Of a stretch of 64,000 bases of DNA, positions 54,807 to 64,000 are shown piece after piece. The stretch's first letter is position 1, and every line of letters begins with the position of its first letter. Source of the DNA: Nitrososphaerota archaeon (GTDB lineage: Archaea > Thermoproteota > Nitrososphaeria > Nitrososphaerales > UBA57); NCBI GenBank assembly GCA_002713205.1, contig PAVW01000006.1, positions 4,779 through 68,778 on the forward strand, read 5' to 3'. Both the position numbers and the translations under genes were made by a program. The notes under the pieces are model-generated. The model was not told where the DNA came from and searched no databases. It worked only from the letters and a program-made list of their open reading frames with translations.

Positions 54807-55484
54807 TTGGGCAATAATGAAGAAATAGGTGAGTTTTTAGATCTTCTAGGCAACAGTACGCGTAGAAGAATATTGCTATTATTAGCAAACGAACCAAGAT
54901 ATTTTATACAATTATCAAAAGAATTAGGTGTAAGTCAACAAGCAGTTCTAAAGCATTTAATTAGATTAGAGAATTCAGGGTTAATTGAGTCATTTAGAGC
55001 AAAAAGTAATTTATCAGCTCCAGATAGAAAATACTTCAAATTAGACAAGTCAATTTATATGAGTATAGATATAACAGGAAATTCTATGAATATCAAAATG
55101 GAAAGTTTAGAGGATACTAATAATAATCAAGATAAAATACTCTTAGAATCAACTAAAATTAATCAGGGAAAACGTGATGTGGATATTACACGAATTATTA
55201 AAGAAACAGATTTAAAATTACAGAAAATAAATAAACATATGATATATTTAGAAGATGAAAAAATGTCTTTATTAAAAGAACAAGAACAAGTGTTGCAAAA
55301 AGCACATCAAATAATTCAGGAATCATTAGATGAAGAATTAGCTAGAAAGATACTATATTCAAGATTGAATTCATCTAATAGATTTAATTTAGAAGAGCTT
55401 TCAGAGGAATTAAACGCGAGAGAAAAAGAAATTAAGAATATTATTAAAAAATTAGAAGATAGATTTTCTGTTGAATTAATATAA
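54807..55484 (+). CDS. ArsR-family winged-helix regulator with C-terminal coiled coil
   Basis: 225 aa with RRRILLLLANEPRYFIQLSKELGVSQQAVLKHLIRLENSGLIE, followed by a Lys/Glu-rich helical region. Confidence 0.7.
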   Translation: MGNNEEIGEFLDLLGNSTRRRILLLLANEPRYFIQLSKELGVSQQAVLKHLIRLENSGLIESFRAKSNLSAPDRKYFKLDKSIYMSIDITGNSMNIKMESLEDTNNNQDKILLESTKINQGKRDVDITRIIKETDLKLQKINKHMIYLEDEKMSLLKEQEQVLQKAHQIIQESLDEELARKILYSRLNSSNRFNLEELSEELNAREKEIKNIIKKLEDRFSVELI

Positions 55485-55505
55485 ATTTAAGAAAAAAACA
55501 ACATA

Positions 55506-55991
55506 TTAGTTTGTAGCAATAGAAGTTGTTTGTGGAAGTTTTGATGAAGCTGTTTTCAAGGCGTTTTTACCTTCATTGAAGAATTCTTTGTAAGTGTTAA
55601 CCTCAAGTATAACGGATCCAATATTTACACGGGCTGCAAGACCAATAGGTTTACCATAAGCACGTCTCATACCTTCTTGTAATCGGTCTGCACCTGCAGT
55701 AGCAAGCATCCTATTTTCACTAATTACAACATGAGGATAAAGTTTAACGGATAATCTATAACTAGTTTCGCCAATGTGTTTTGTAAGAGATTTATTAGCA
55801 GAAACACGTGCAGCTTCTATAGCATTGTCACGGATTTGCGATTTTTCCTTTGAAATCAACTGGAGTTTTAAGTTATAATCAGAATTAGAAGCACCAGTAT
55901 TAAATCGAGCTATTTTAATATCAGGCGTACCTGGAGCATATTTTTTACTCAAAGGCATGCCATTAGGCGTTCTATAGTTGCTACCATTCAT
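55506..55991 (-). CDS. rpl10e: 50S ribosomal protein uL16 (L10e)
   Basis: 161 aa with GADRLQEGMRRAYGKPIGLAARV, characteristic of L10e. Confidence 0.9.
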   Translation of the reverse strand: MNGSNYRTPNGMPLSKKYAPGTPDIKIARFNTGASNSDYNLKLQLISKEKSQIRDNAIEAARVSANKSLTKHIGETSYRLSVKLYPHVVISENRMLATAGADRLQEGMRRAYGKPIGLAARVNIGSVILEVNTYKEFFNEGKNALKTASSKLPQTTSIATN

Positions 55992-56050
55992 ATTTAATAT
56001 AGAATATTAAAGGTGTAATTAAATATGTTCCAGAGAGGAAAAATAGTAAA

Positions 56051-57229
56051 ATGAAAAAATATCTATTAACTTTAGTAAATGGAGAATTATCATATTATGA
56101 AATAAATACTATCCTAAATTTAAAAAGCACACCTTATAAAATTCTTATAAAAAACAACAATTTCTTAATTCTTGAAATAGAATCACTTAAAGAATTTTCA
56201 AAATTAGGAGGAGTATACAAAATCATTGAGATTACAGCAGAAAATGAATCAATAGAAAAATTATATAAGAGCATCAAACAAAATAATGAATTTGTTTGGT
56301 TAGAGGAAAAAGCACGATGGTGTTTAAGTTATTATTCAATTGAAAAAACAAATAATGCAATATATAAAAAAATGAGCGAGTATTTAAACGAAGAGATTTC
56401 CAAATTAGTAAAAAAGAATAAACAAATGAACAATGATATTTTAGAAGATTCTTTTAGGGAAATATCTGTAAATAAAATAAAAACCATAACGGAAATAGTT
56501 CTGGCTTATGATGGTAAAAAATTCTACATTGGAAAAACTAAAATAATTTTTAATTCAACTGATTATATAAAAAGAGATTTATCAAGGCCATTTCAAGATT
56601 CTTCAATTAGTATCTCACCAAGAATTGCAAGAATTCTTGTAAATTTATTAGGATTAAAAAATAATCAAACTGTTTTAGATCCATTTTGTGGAACTGGTAC
56701 TTTTTTAATAGAAGCGTCAATTCTAGGATTAAATGTAATGGGCACAGATAAACGAAAAGAATGTGTTAATGGTACTAGAAAGAATCTTCAATGGATTAAT
56801 AAAAATCAAAAGAAGATAAACAACAATATAATGGTTAATGATGCGGAAAAATTAGTTAGTTTTCAAAAAAGAACAATAGATGGAATTGTTACTGAGCCAA
56901 TTCTTTTACCAAACTTAAAGCGTCATCCAAATGAGATAAAAACCAGAGAATTATTAAAAATCACTCAAAAAATCTATGTTAAGGCAATGATTTCTATGAA
57001 TCGAGTATTAAAAGAAAATGGAAAATTAGTAATAGTCACTCCACGTGTAAAAACAAATCGAGGAAAATTTATTTCATTGGATATACTTCACATGATTAAA
57101 GAATCAGGTTTTAGATTTACCAGGATTCATAAGAACAATCAACCAATTATTGTGAAATATTCGAAAGATCAAAAGATAATTAGAGAAGTATGGGTAATGC
57201 AAAAAGAAGAGAATTCAACTCAATCGTAA
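56051..57229 (+). CDS. Class I SAM-dependent RNA methyltransferase-like protein (UPF0020/Trm11-Trm14-like) with atypical motif IV
   Basis: 392 aa with SAM motif I VLDPFCGTGTFLIEA. The position normally occupied by (D/N)PPY reads TEPIL. The N-terminal domain could be THUMP-like. Confidence 0.5.
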   Translation: MKKYLLTLVNGELSYYEINTILNLKSTPYKILIKNNNFLILEIESLKEFSKLGGVYKIIEITAENESIEKLYKSIKQNNEFVWLEEKARWCLSYYSIEKTNNAIYKKMSEYLNEEISKLVKKNKQMNNDILEDSFREISVNKIKTITEIVLAYDGKKFYIGKTKIIFNSTDYIKRDLSRPFQDSSISISPRIARILVNLLGLKNNQTVLDPFCGTGTFLIEASILGLNVMGTDKRKECVNGTRKNLQWINKNQKKINNNIMVNDAEKLVSFQKRTIDGIVTEPILLPNLKRHPNEIKTRELLKITQKIYVKAMISMNRVLKENGKLVIVTPRVKTNRGKFISLDILHMIKESGFRFTRIHKNNQPIIVKYSKDQKIIREVWVMQKEENSTQS

Positions 57230-57904
57230 TAGTATTTTTTTAGCAAAACCTAAGAGTATACTAGTTTCACGTGGAGAAGGTTTTCCTCTTTTAATAACAT
57301 GATTTAAGCTTTTTTCAATCAGGTGAATTTTATGTTCTGGAAGATTCAACTTAGTAGCAATGTCTATGTAAGTATTAGTCATCATATTAATTGCATCTCT
57401 ATTTGCAATTGTACGGCTATGAAAGTTAGTATTTGATATTTCATAAAGAATAATTGAAAGTGCATGACTAATGTTCAAGGTTGAATAGCTACTATTAGTT
57501 GGAATGTGAAGAACAATATCAACTTGTTCTAGTTCGTAATTAGTTAAACCGGTAGTGTCTCGTCCAAATATTAAACAAATATTTTGACCAACGTTATTCA
57601 GTGATTCACGAAGCTCAGAAACAGATATAGATTGTCTAGAACTGATCCCTCTTTGACTAGTTATAGCAGTAGTTGCAATCAATGTATCAAACATATTCAA
57701 ATCATTGAAAGATATACGAACACAATTATCAAGAATATCTACTCCATGAGATGCAAATGGACGAGCTTTTTGTAAATCAATATCTGAATTACATAATAAT
57801 AATTTATCAAAACCAAAATTTTTCATGATTCTGGCTACATAACCGACGTTAATAGGATACAATGGTTCAATTAAACAAATTGAAATGTCTTTATCAGAAA
57901 TCAT
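57215..57904 (-). CDS. SpoU/TrmH-family RNA 2'-O-methyltransferase (TrmJ-like)
   Basis: The ORF track gives 57215..57994. I prefer Met31 (57904) as the start, which removes the overlap with the upstream gene. Motifs are LIEPLYPINVGYVARIMKNFGF and LIFGRDTTGLTNYEL...IPTNSSYSTLNISHALSIILYE. Confidence 0.75.
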   Translation of the reverse strand: MISDKDISICLIEPLYPINVGYVARIMKNFGFDKLLLCNSDIDLQKARPFASHGVDILDNCVRISFNDLNMFDTLIATTAITSQRGISSRQSISVSELRESLNNVGQNICLIFGRDTTGLTNYELEQVDIVLHIPTNSSYSTLNISHALSIILYEISNTNFHSRTIANRDAINMMTNTYIDIATKLNLPEHKIHLIEKSLNHVIKRGKPSPRETSILLGFAKKILLRLS

Positions 57905-57917
57905 CGTTATAAAAACA

Positions 57918-58508
57918 TTAATCCTCCAACTGATTAAGAATATTATATGTGTAATTTTTAGTTCGGGTTGCCTCAAGTACATACAAAGTTTCAAAAAATA
58001 ACTTTGTTTTCGACAAGATATTTAATTTAATAGAAGATAATTCATCAAGTTGTAAACGGTCTAGAATGTAGAAAGGATTAGATAAATCTGATACGAGAAA
58101 GATTACTCGACCGTCAGATTTTATAATATTTAGAGATAAATTCAACCAATAAAGTGTTTTTTCAATGCCATATATTCCTCCATCGGTAGATATATCAGTA
58201 TATTGATCATGGGGTAGATATGGCGGGTTAAAAACTACTAGATCAAAAAATTGATTGTTGAACATAGAAATACCATCCCCCAATAATAAATCAACTCGAT
58301 TTGTTAAGTGCATTTTTTTAATTCGTTGATTAGTAAAATCAATTGCTTTGGGATCAATATCAATACCAACGACAAAATCATTGACCATTGCAAGCTCTTG
58401 TGTTATCAAACCATTACCAACACCAATTTCCAATGCTATAAGATCATGAAAATTTTTCAATGTATCAATAAGTAAATATGTATCATGAGAAGGTTCATAG
58501 ATATTCAA
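57918..58508 (-). CDS. HemK/Mtq2-family (glutamine-N5) methyltransferase
   Basis: 196 aa with SAM motif LEIGVGNGLI and catalytic VFNPPYLP. Confidence 0.65.
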   Translation of the reverse strand: MNIYEPSHDTYLLIDTLKNFHDLIALEIGVGNGLITQELAMVNDFVVGIDIDPKAIDFTNQRIKKMHLTNRVDLLLGDGISMFNNQFFDLVVFNPPYLPHDQYTDISTDGGIYGIEKTLYWLNLSLNIIKSDGRVIFLVSDLSNPFYILDRLQLDELSSIKLNILSKTKLFFETLYVLEATRTKNYTYNILNQLED

Positions 58509-58514
58509 TATATA

Positions 58515-59264
58515 TCAATCCTGATTTATAATTAATTTTTTAATTATTAATACTATATCTTCAGGACTTAAATCGGCAAGGCGATGGGAAAGATTAACAT
58601 TATATTTAGATGAATTTTGGGAATAAGATTGATTAGAGGTCATCATCTTAATTGCAGTACCAAGTTTTTTTCTTCTATAGGAAAAGAGTTTTTTGACTGA
58701 CTGCATCTCCAGAGAATTGAGTTGGTTTTTTGGTGTAAAAACTACAATTTTGGAATATACCTTAGGTTTTGGAATAAAACAGTCAGGGGATAAAATTTCG
58801 ATTTCTTCAATATTAAAACAATATTGTGATATAACACTAATAGCACGGTAATAAGGAGTATTAGATTTTGATGTTAATTTATCAACAAATTCTTTTTGAA
58901 GTATTACAACAGCTCTTCTAAAATCACGTTCAGCTAACCATCGAATAAATCTTTCAGATTCAGAAAACGGCAAACTTGAAATAAATATATTAAAATTTTC
59001 AGTATATTTTAGGCCATCAATATGTTTAAGATCAAGATTTTGATTTTTAGATAGTTTAAGTTTTGCCAATTCATACAAATTTTTATCAATCTCAGAAGAA
59101 ACAACATATTTGCTCTTTTCACATAATAACCCGGTAAGAACAGCTTTACCTGTGCCAAGTTCATATACAATATCATTTTCAGTAATATCAGCTAAATTAA
59201 TCATCTTTTCAATTATATTTTGATCAATTAGAAAGTTCTGGCCAAAATTTTGTCGATTTGTCAA
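58515..59264 (-). CDS. ksgA: 16S rRNA dimethyladenosine transferase KsgA/Dim1
   Basis: 249 aa with FGQNFLID, ELGTGKAVLT and SSLPF motifs. Confidence 0.85.
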   Translation of the reverse strand: MTNRQNFGQNFLIDQNIIEKMINLADITENDIVYELGTGKAVLTGLLCEKSKYVVSSEIDKNLYELAKLKLSKNQNLDLKHIDGLKYTENFNIFISSLPFSESERFIRWLAERDFRRAVVILQKEFVDKLTSKSNTPYYRAISVISQYCFNIEEIEILSPDCFIPKPKVYSKIVVFTPKNQLNSLEMQSVKKLFSYRRKKLGTAIKMMTSNQSYSQNSSKYNVNLSHRLADLSPEDIVLIIKKLIINQD

Positions 59265-59280
59265 TTTATGTATGTATAAA

Positions 59281-59841
59281 TTACTTTCTGATAAAAACGT
59301 TTAATTTCGTACTACAAGAAAGTTCATCAAATAATCTTCTAGCGATAAGTTTTGAAGGATCACGAATATGAATTCGTTCTTGTAGATCTGAAAAACTAGA
59401 AAATCTATTAATGTCTCGTTCTTTTAATATTTGACTTAATAATGTCTTTCCAATACCTGGAATTACTTCAAGAAAATGTAATCTTGGAGTTAGAGCCTGG
59501 CTGTCATTGAAGTAATTCACATAAAAAGTTTCATTATTACGAACTATAGTTTCTAAGATTTCAGGTAATGAATTAATTGAATCGGAAGTGAGATTTGAAT
59601 ATAATAATTTTCCAAGTACACTAACAACTTTAGATCTACCATCTTTTCCAATTCCTATTTTTTCACTAATTGTAAATGATTCTTCAGGAGAACCAAGAAT
59701 TTCTAACAAAGTTAAATTATCGAGTCCAATGCCTTGAATTATTGTTCCATCTCGCCCTTTAATAAGTGAAGATCTACTATTTATTCGAAAATCGAGAATA
59801 AATGCAAATTCTTCATATTTTTTTTGATGAATACTACCCAT
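59281..59841 (-). CDS. DUF655-family conserved archaeal protein (OB + helix-hairpin-helix)
   Basis: 186 aa with a C-terminal HhH-like segment (IPGIGKTLLSQIL). It occupies the conserved position between rpoF and ksgA in archaeal genomes. Confidence 0.6.
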   Translation of the reverse strand: MGSIHQKKYEEFAFILDFRINSRSSLIKGRDGTIIQGIGLDNLTLLEILGSPEESFTISEKIGIGKDGRSKVVSVLGKLLYSNLTSDSINSLPEILETIVRNNETFYVNYFNDSQALTPRLHFLEVIPGIGKTLLSQILKERDINRFSSFSDLQERIHIRDPSKLIARRLFDELSCSTKLNVFIRK

Positions 59842-59996
59842 ATAACCACCGAATCAAAATAAAAGAGTTAGAAATTAGAAATATATTCGGTGTAATAGAT
59901 ATTTAATGTAAATAAAAATGAATAGGGCAATTAGAGTCAGCACTATATATATACAAACTTTAGTATTAAACTTTATTAAACAAAGAAAAAGTAGAA

Positions 59997-60332
59997 TTAT
60001 TCGTAGACTTTTTCAACAATAGAAAGTATTTGTTCCATGTCTTCAGTTGGAATTAATTTTTTCCAACCACTAGTAAATACGCGTAATTCGGGAAGGGTTT
60101 TTGGGTTAATATTTAAAATCTGATATGCTTCCTCCAGATTCAGATATCCTAAAGCAACAATTTGTTCAGATGCTTTCTTGAATTTTTTTTTATCAGGATT
60201 AGAAAACTTAATTACATAATCATAAGTTCTTTTTTGGATTTGATCTGCATTTGTTATATCAAGTTTGGAGAGTATATCTTTTACCTCAGATAAACTAATA
60301 ATAGTGGATTTCTTTGTTTTTATATCAAACAC
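59997..60332 (-). CDS. rpoF: DNA-directed RNA polymerase subunit Rpo4/F
   Basis: 111 aa and helical. It lies immediately downstream of L21e, as in the conserved archaeal cluster. The N-terminal SLSEVKDIL pattern fits. Confidence 0.7.
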   Translation of the reverse strand: MFDIKTKKSTIISLSEVKDILSKLDITNADQIQKRTYDYVIKFSNPDKKKFKKASEQIVALGYLNLEEAYQILNINPKTLPELRVFTSGWKKLIPTEDMEQILSIVEKVYE

Positions 60333-60617
60333 CTAATTTTGTGGCTTTATATGTTCAAATCTAGCTATAACAGTCTTAAGTTTTTTCCCAACTGGAACGG
60401 CAATCTCTAGCGAACGCTTGTTTGCTTGTTTCACAGTACCAACCAACCCGTGAAATCGTCTATGTGGCATGCCTTTAACCTGAGTAGGATCAATAATAAT
60501 AATTACTTTATCATCAGATTTATAATCCCTGAGTAAGTAACTTAGTCCTTTTGGATATGGTTTCCTTTTTGAAAGGAGCGATCGTGTCTTTCTTCTGTAA
60601 CCCGAATTTCTTGCCAT
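60333..60617 (-). CDS. rpl21e: 50S ribosomal protein eL21 (L21e)
   Basis: 94 aa with GYRRKTRSLLSK and MPHRRFHGLVGTV motifs. Confidence 0.9.
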   Translation of the reverse strand: MARNSGYRRKTRSLLSKRKPYPKGLSYLLRDYKSDDKVIIIIDPTQVKGMPHRRFHGLVGTVKQANKRSLEIAVPVGKKLKTVIARFEHIKPQN

Positions 60618-60700
60618 CTAGATTCTTCGTATTGATATTTTTCCTATTATTTAAAATAATTGATTTAAGACAATTTGATTTATAATTATTATAGAATATT

Positions 60701-61369
60701 TTACTTGTTATTATTTAGTATTTTTTCTACATATGCGGCAATTAATCCACCCAGAATCGGACCTATCCAGTATAAATGGTGGCTTTGTAATGAATTCTCT
60801 AAGCCATAATAATATGAAATTATTGCAGGGCCAAATGATCTAGCAGGATTCATAGACGCGCCAGTTATAGGACCACCTGCAAATATATCTACAGTTATTA
60901 TCAACCCAATTGCAAAACCATGCCATCCAACTGGAGCTTTTTTGCTAACTGCAGTACTAAAGATTACGAATACAAGAAAGAATGTTAAGATAATTTCCAA
61001 GATCAATATATTAAGGTCAGAAACACCAAGTGCAGGTAAATTAGAACCAAAATTTACCTTAGAACCCATGGGAAATAAGAAAGCATGAGCGATAGCAGCT
61101 ATAACTCCGGCTGTGAGTTGAGTTAACATATATGCAATACCAGTTTGCATATCAATTGTTTTTCTATATAGCATAGCTATAGTGACTGCAGGATTAAAAT
61201 GGGCGCCAGATATGTGTCCGACAGAATAAATCATTATTGCAATTACTAGACCATGTGTTAAAGCTACTGCAGTAATTGAACCTCCAGTTGCAATAGCTAA
61301 AGTACCAAAGAAAACAAGTGCGAAAGTGCCGAGAAATTCGGCAAGACAAGCACGGTAATTAACAGACAT
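60701..61369 (-). CDS. aqpM: Aquaporin/MIP-family channel
   Basis: 222 aa, 6 TM, with two NPA boxes (HISGAHFNPAVT and GASMNPARS). Confidence 0.9.
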   Translation of the reverse strand: MSVNYRACLAEFLGTFALVFFGTLAIATGGSITAVALTHGLVIAIMIYSVGHISGAHFNPAVTIAMLYRKTIDMQTGIAYMLTQLTAGVIAAIAHAFLFPMGSKVNFGSNLPALGVSDLNILILEIILTFFLVFVIFSTAVSKKAPVGWHGFAIGLIITVDIFAGGPITGASMNPARSFGPAIISYYYGLENSLQSHHLYWIGPILGGLIAAYVEKILNNNK

Positions 61370-61379
61370 TTAAGATCAT

Positions 61380-61904
61380 TTATTTAGGTAGTGGATATAC
61401 TAATTCGCCACCAGATGCTTGTAATGAAGGTTGTCGTTGTGTTTTAGCACCTTTTGTAGTCCAAAATATTTCAGCAATCTTTCTTACAGATTCGAGAAGT
61501 TCTTCTGCAGCTTCGAGACCTACTTGTTGTCGCGTCTTTGATGAAATTTTCATTGTCTTCCAAAACAAATCATGCAAATCAGGATATTTTTCAAGATGTT
61601 CAGGTTTAAAATAATCAGCCCATATAATTCGTAATTCATTTTTACAACTTTCTGCGTGTGATTCTTTCACAGCCATGTATCGAGCTAATTTTGTTTGTCT
61701 TTGATGATCATCAGGTTCATCTGCAAGAGCATTGATAAGTTGATTCATACGCACAACAGTCAGTGCATCTAATTGAGCCCTATGTGGGTCATAGATACCA
61801 CATGGAATATCACAGTGTGCATACGCATATTTTATCGGGTATAAAATATTAAAAAATTTATTTTTAATGAACTGAATATTCATAACAATTAATTCAATAT
61901 ACAT
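61380..61904 (-). CDS. sodN: Nickel superoxide dismutase precursor
   Basis: The Ni-hook HCDIPCGIYDP (61791-61817 covers H30-Y38) is preceded by a pro-peptide ending ...YAYA. WADYFKPEHLEKYPDLHDL and IFWTTKGA match Streptomyces NiSOD. The true start may be Met8 (61883). Confidence 0.9.
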   Translation of the reverse strand: MYIELIVMNIQFIKNKFFNILYPIKYAYAHCDIPCGIYDPHRAQLDALTVVRMNQLINALADEPDDHQRQTKLARYMAVKESHAESCKNELRIIWADYFKPEHLEKYPDLHDLFWKTMKISSKTRQQVGLEAAEELLESVRKIAEIFWTTKGAKTQRQPSLQASGGELVYPLPK

Positions 61905-61942
61905 ACTTTAAAATTTAACTATGAATAAAAAAGAATCGGAAT

Positions 61943-62383
61943 ATGGACGTTTTAAGAATATTAAACGCCGCATTTTTTCCTATTTATTATATAACTGCAA
62001 AGAGATTTTTAGTAATTGGGCATTGTATGGAACCAGAATTAAGAGAAGGCGAATCTGTATTTATTAATAAGATATATTACAAATTGAATAAAATTCAACG
62101 AAATGATATAATCGGTATAAAGAATAACCATAAAGTTGAAATTAAAAGGATTGTAGGTATGCCAAACGATATAATATCGATCTCAGGAAATTTGATACTA
62201 GTAAATGGAAAAAAAATCAAAGAGAATCATAAAGAACAAGCTCAGAACAATGTTCAAAAATTAGAAGTGAAATTAGGAAAAGAAGAATATTATGTATTAG
62301 GAGATGACTATTGTCCAAAATGTATAGATTCAAGAAAATATGGTCCAATAACAAAAAAGCAAATAATAGGCAAAGTGTTATAG
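61943..62383 (+). CDS. sodX: S26-family signal-peptidase-like protein, probable NiSOD maturation protease (SodX-like) with Cys at the nucleophile position
   Basis: 146 aa, divergent from sodN. It has S26 boxes GHCMEPEL (usually G-x-S-M-x-P), KRIVGMPNDII and GDDYCPKCIDSRKYGPI. The Cys28 codon is 62024-62026. Confidence 0.65.
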   Translation: MDVLRILNAAFFPIYYITAKRFLVIGHCMEPELREGESVFINKIYYKLNKIQRNDIIGIKNNHKVEIKRIVGMPNDIISISGNLILVNGKKIKENHKEQAQNNVQKLEVKLGKEEYYVLGDDYCPKCIDSRKYGPITKKQIIGKVL

Positions 62384-62392
62384 TAATAGAAA

Positions 62393-63208
62393 TTGCAGAA
62401 AAAATTATCGCATTCACTGGTAACAAACGATAAATATGAAATAGAAATACCAATAATTGGACTTGGTGTATGGGGCATGTCTAAAAACAAGACAGAAAAT
62501 GCAGTAAAATCAGCAATTAATACATGGTACAAACATATAGACACTGCACAAATTTATAAGAATGAAGAACAGGTAGGAAAAGCAGTAAAAGAAAGAAAGG
62601 ATATTTTTATTACTACAAAGTTATGGGAAAGTAATTTTGGATATGAAAAAACAATAGAAGCTTGTGAAAGAAGTTTATCTAAATTAAATAGAATCGATTT
62701 ATTTTTAGTACACTCTCCTCATAAACCAAAATTACGAAAAGAAACATGGGAGGCAATGCAATATCTATTAAAAAACAAATATGTCAAAGCAATAGGAGTT
62801 TCAAATTTTGGAATACATCATATTAAAGAAATATTATCATGGGCAGAAATTGGTCCTTGTATAAACCAAATAGAATTATCGCCATTCCTCCAGAGAACTG
62901 AATTAGTTAATTTCTGTAAAGCAAATGGAATATCTACAACAGCTTACAGTCCACTAACTCATGGAATAAAGATAAATGATAAAAAATTAAAAAAGATATC
63001 AGAACGATATAAAAGGACATCAGCTCAAATTTTAATTAGATGGAGTATACAAAAAGGAAATATAGCAATACCAAAATCATCTAATAAAAACCGAATCGAA
63101 GAGAATTTTGATGTATTTAATTTTAAGATAAAAAATAAGGATATGGAATTATTAGATGAATTCGAACAAGAATTTATAACATCGTGGAATCCAACAATAG
63201 AACCATAA
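62393..63208 (+). CDS. Aldo/keto reductase
   Basis: 271 aa with IGLGVW, IDTAQIYKNEEQVG, DLFLVHSP and IPKSSNKNRIEENF motifs. TTG start. Confidence 0.85.
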   Translation: MQKKLSHSLVTNDKYEIEIPIIGLGVWGMSKNKTENAVKSAINTWYKHIDTAQIYKNEEQVGKAVKERKDIFITTKLWESNFGYEKTIEACERSLSKLNRIDLFLVHSPHKPKLRKETWEAMQYLLKNKYVKAIGVSNFGIHHIKEILSWAEIGPCINQIELSPFLQRTELVNFCKANGISTTAYSPLTHGIKINDKKLKKISERYKRTSAQILIRWSIQKGNIAIPKSSNKNRIEENFDVFNFKIKNKDMELLDEFEQEFITSWNPTIEP

Positions 63209-63269
63209 TATTTTGCAAACAACCACATATCCATTATATTTAATACGAGTTTTTGACATGAAATTTTAT

Positions 63270-63354
63270 GCGGGGGTCGCCCAGCCCGGTCAAAGGCGTA
63301 GGATTTAGGCTCCTATCTCTCAGGAGTTCGTGGGTTCAAATCCCACCTCCCGCA
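63270..63354 (+). tRNA. tRNA-Leu (UAG)
   Basis: Acceptor GCGGGGG/CTCCCGC with discriminator A. Anticodon arm is TAGGA-TTTAGGC-TCCTA. Long variable arm, T arm GTGGG-TTCAAAT-CCCAC. No intron. Confidence 0.8.
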
Positions 63355-63445
63355 TTTATTTAATATTTTTTCAATGTGTAAAAATAACTTTGAATACAGA
63401 ACATTTATTCAAGAGAATCACGAGTAAATTCTAGACATTGAAAAT

Positions 63446-64000
63446 ATTTGATATAATGGGATATTCAACTAGAGCGATTAGAGAAAGAAAATTGAGATCA
63501 GGACTTACAATTTTAATGGTCCTATTAGGGGCAATGTTATTGACAGGATTAAACGGTTTAGGTGGAGGTTTTAGTTATAATATTGAAAAAGAATTCGAAG
63601 CGTTAGCACCAGATGTAATTACATTAACTAGATCACCAATAATAAGTGGACCTGGTGAGGATCCAGATGAACCAGACCCTGCCCCACCAGTTGAATTAAA
63701 CTTAGAAACATTAAAGAGTGTAAGGAGAATAGAAGGAGTAATCGAAGTCATACCAAGTTTTAGAGAAGGTTTACAAATAGAATATGCTGGAAAATCACAA
63801 ACAACATCTATAATTGGAATAAATCCACAAAAATTAACTTTTGTACTACCAGGATTAACTTTTCTCGAAGGAGGTTTTACAGAGCCAAATGATCCGACTG
63901 GGATACTATTAGGATTCACAGTTGCATATCCAGGTGGATTAGATTCAGAACCATTTGCTCAGGTTGGAAATTTAGTTTGTGCAAAATCAGCAAAGCAGGA
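63446..64000 (+). CDS. ABC transporter permease, FtsX/MacB type, 3' partial
   Basis: Not in the ORF track because it runs off the window. ATG is at 63446 and the frame stays open for 185 codons to the edge. The N-terminus RAIRERKLRSGLTILMVLLGAMLLTG, followed by an extracytoplasmic domain, matches MacB/FtsX-like permeases. Confidence 0.7.

Noticed and set aside
63575-63919. 114-aa minus-strand ORF from the ORF track
   Set aside because: It is antisense to an open-ended plus-strand frame (63446 to the window end) whose N-terminus matches FtsX/MacB-type ABC permeases. The plus-strand reading is preferred.
1-64000. Search for CRISPR arrays, IS elements/transposases, integrases, prophage genes, rRNA operons and long direct or inverted DNA repeats
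   Set aside because: I could find none by reading. No regularly spaced repeats, no transposase, integrase or Cas-like ORFs, and no rRNA-like GC-rich blocks other than the SRP RNA and tRNAs.

Overview
This is a visibly AT-rich archaeal chromosomal segment that is densely coding on both strands. Archaeal identity rests on several gene sets: Nep1-Rpp21-eS19, eL21-Rpo4/F-DUF655-KsgA-HemK-like, archaeal DnaG, Pelota, uL16 (L10e), and intron-containing tRNAs. I cannot fix the lineage. The non-canonical tRNA introns, a two-subunit 2-oxoacid:ferredoxin oxidoreductase and a degenerate FtsZ homologue are compatible with an uncultured marine Thaumarchaeota/TACK-like or Thermoplasmatota-like organism.

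Most of the window is housekeeping or central metabolism:
- carAB, aconitase, malic enzyme and korAB
- a lipA-E1beta-E2-lipB lipoate/2-oxoacid dehydrogenase cluster
- an ilvB-like TPP enzyme and a frameshifted hisS
- an Lhr helicase with an adjacent DHH phosphoesterase
- RNA-modification enzymes
- oxidative-stress genes: Ni-SOD with a SodX-like protease, a membrane-anchored animal-type haem peroxidase, and YggX

RNA genes are an SRP (7S) RNA and five tRNAs. Three or four of the tRNAs carry introns, mostly at non-canonical positions. I saw no rRNA, CRISPR array, IS element or prophage.

The stand-out region is about 27.5-40.4 kb, a tightly packed cluster of uncharacterised genes:
- a 901-aa protein with intact FtsZ/tubulin GTPase motifs (T1, T4 GGGSGSG, T7 NFDLAD) fused to a long coiled coil
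- a second FtsZ-fold paralogue in which all three motifs are degenerate, carrying an N-terminal Zn-ribbon-like element
- an approximately 11-TM protein with a large helical cytoplasmic domain
- a bitopic signal-peptide protein
- a small beta-rich plus helical protein
- a flanking 1476-aa transglutaminase-like surface protein

I interpret this cluster, by inference only, as a candidate novel envelope-spanning cytoskeletal or membrane-remodelling system.
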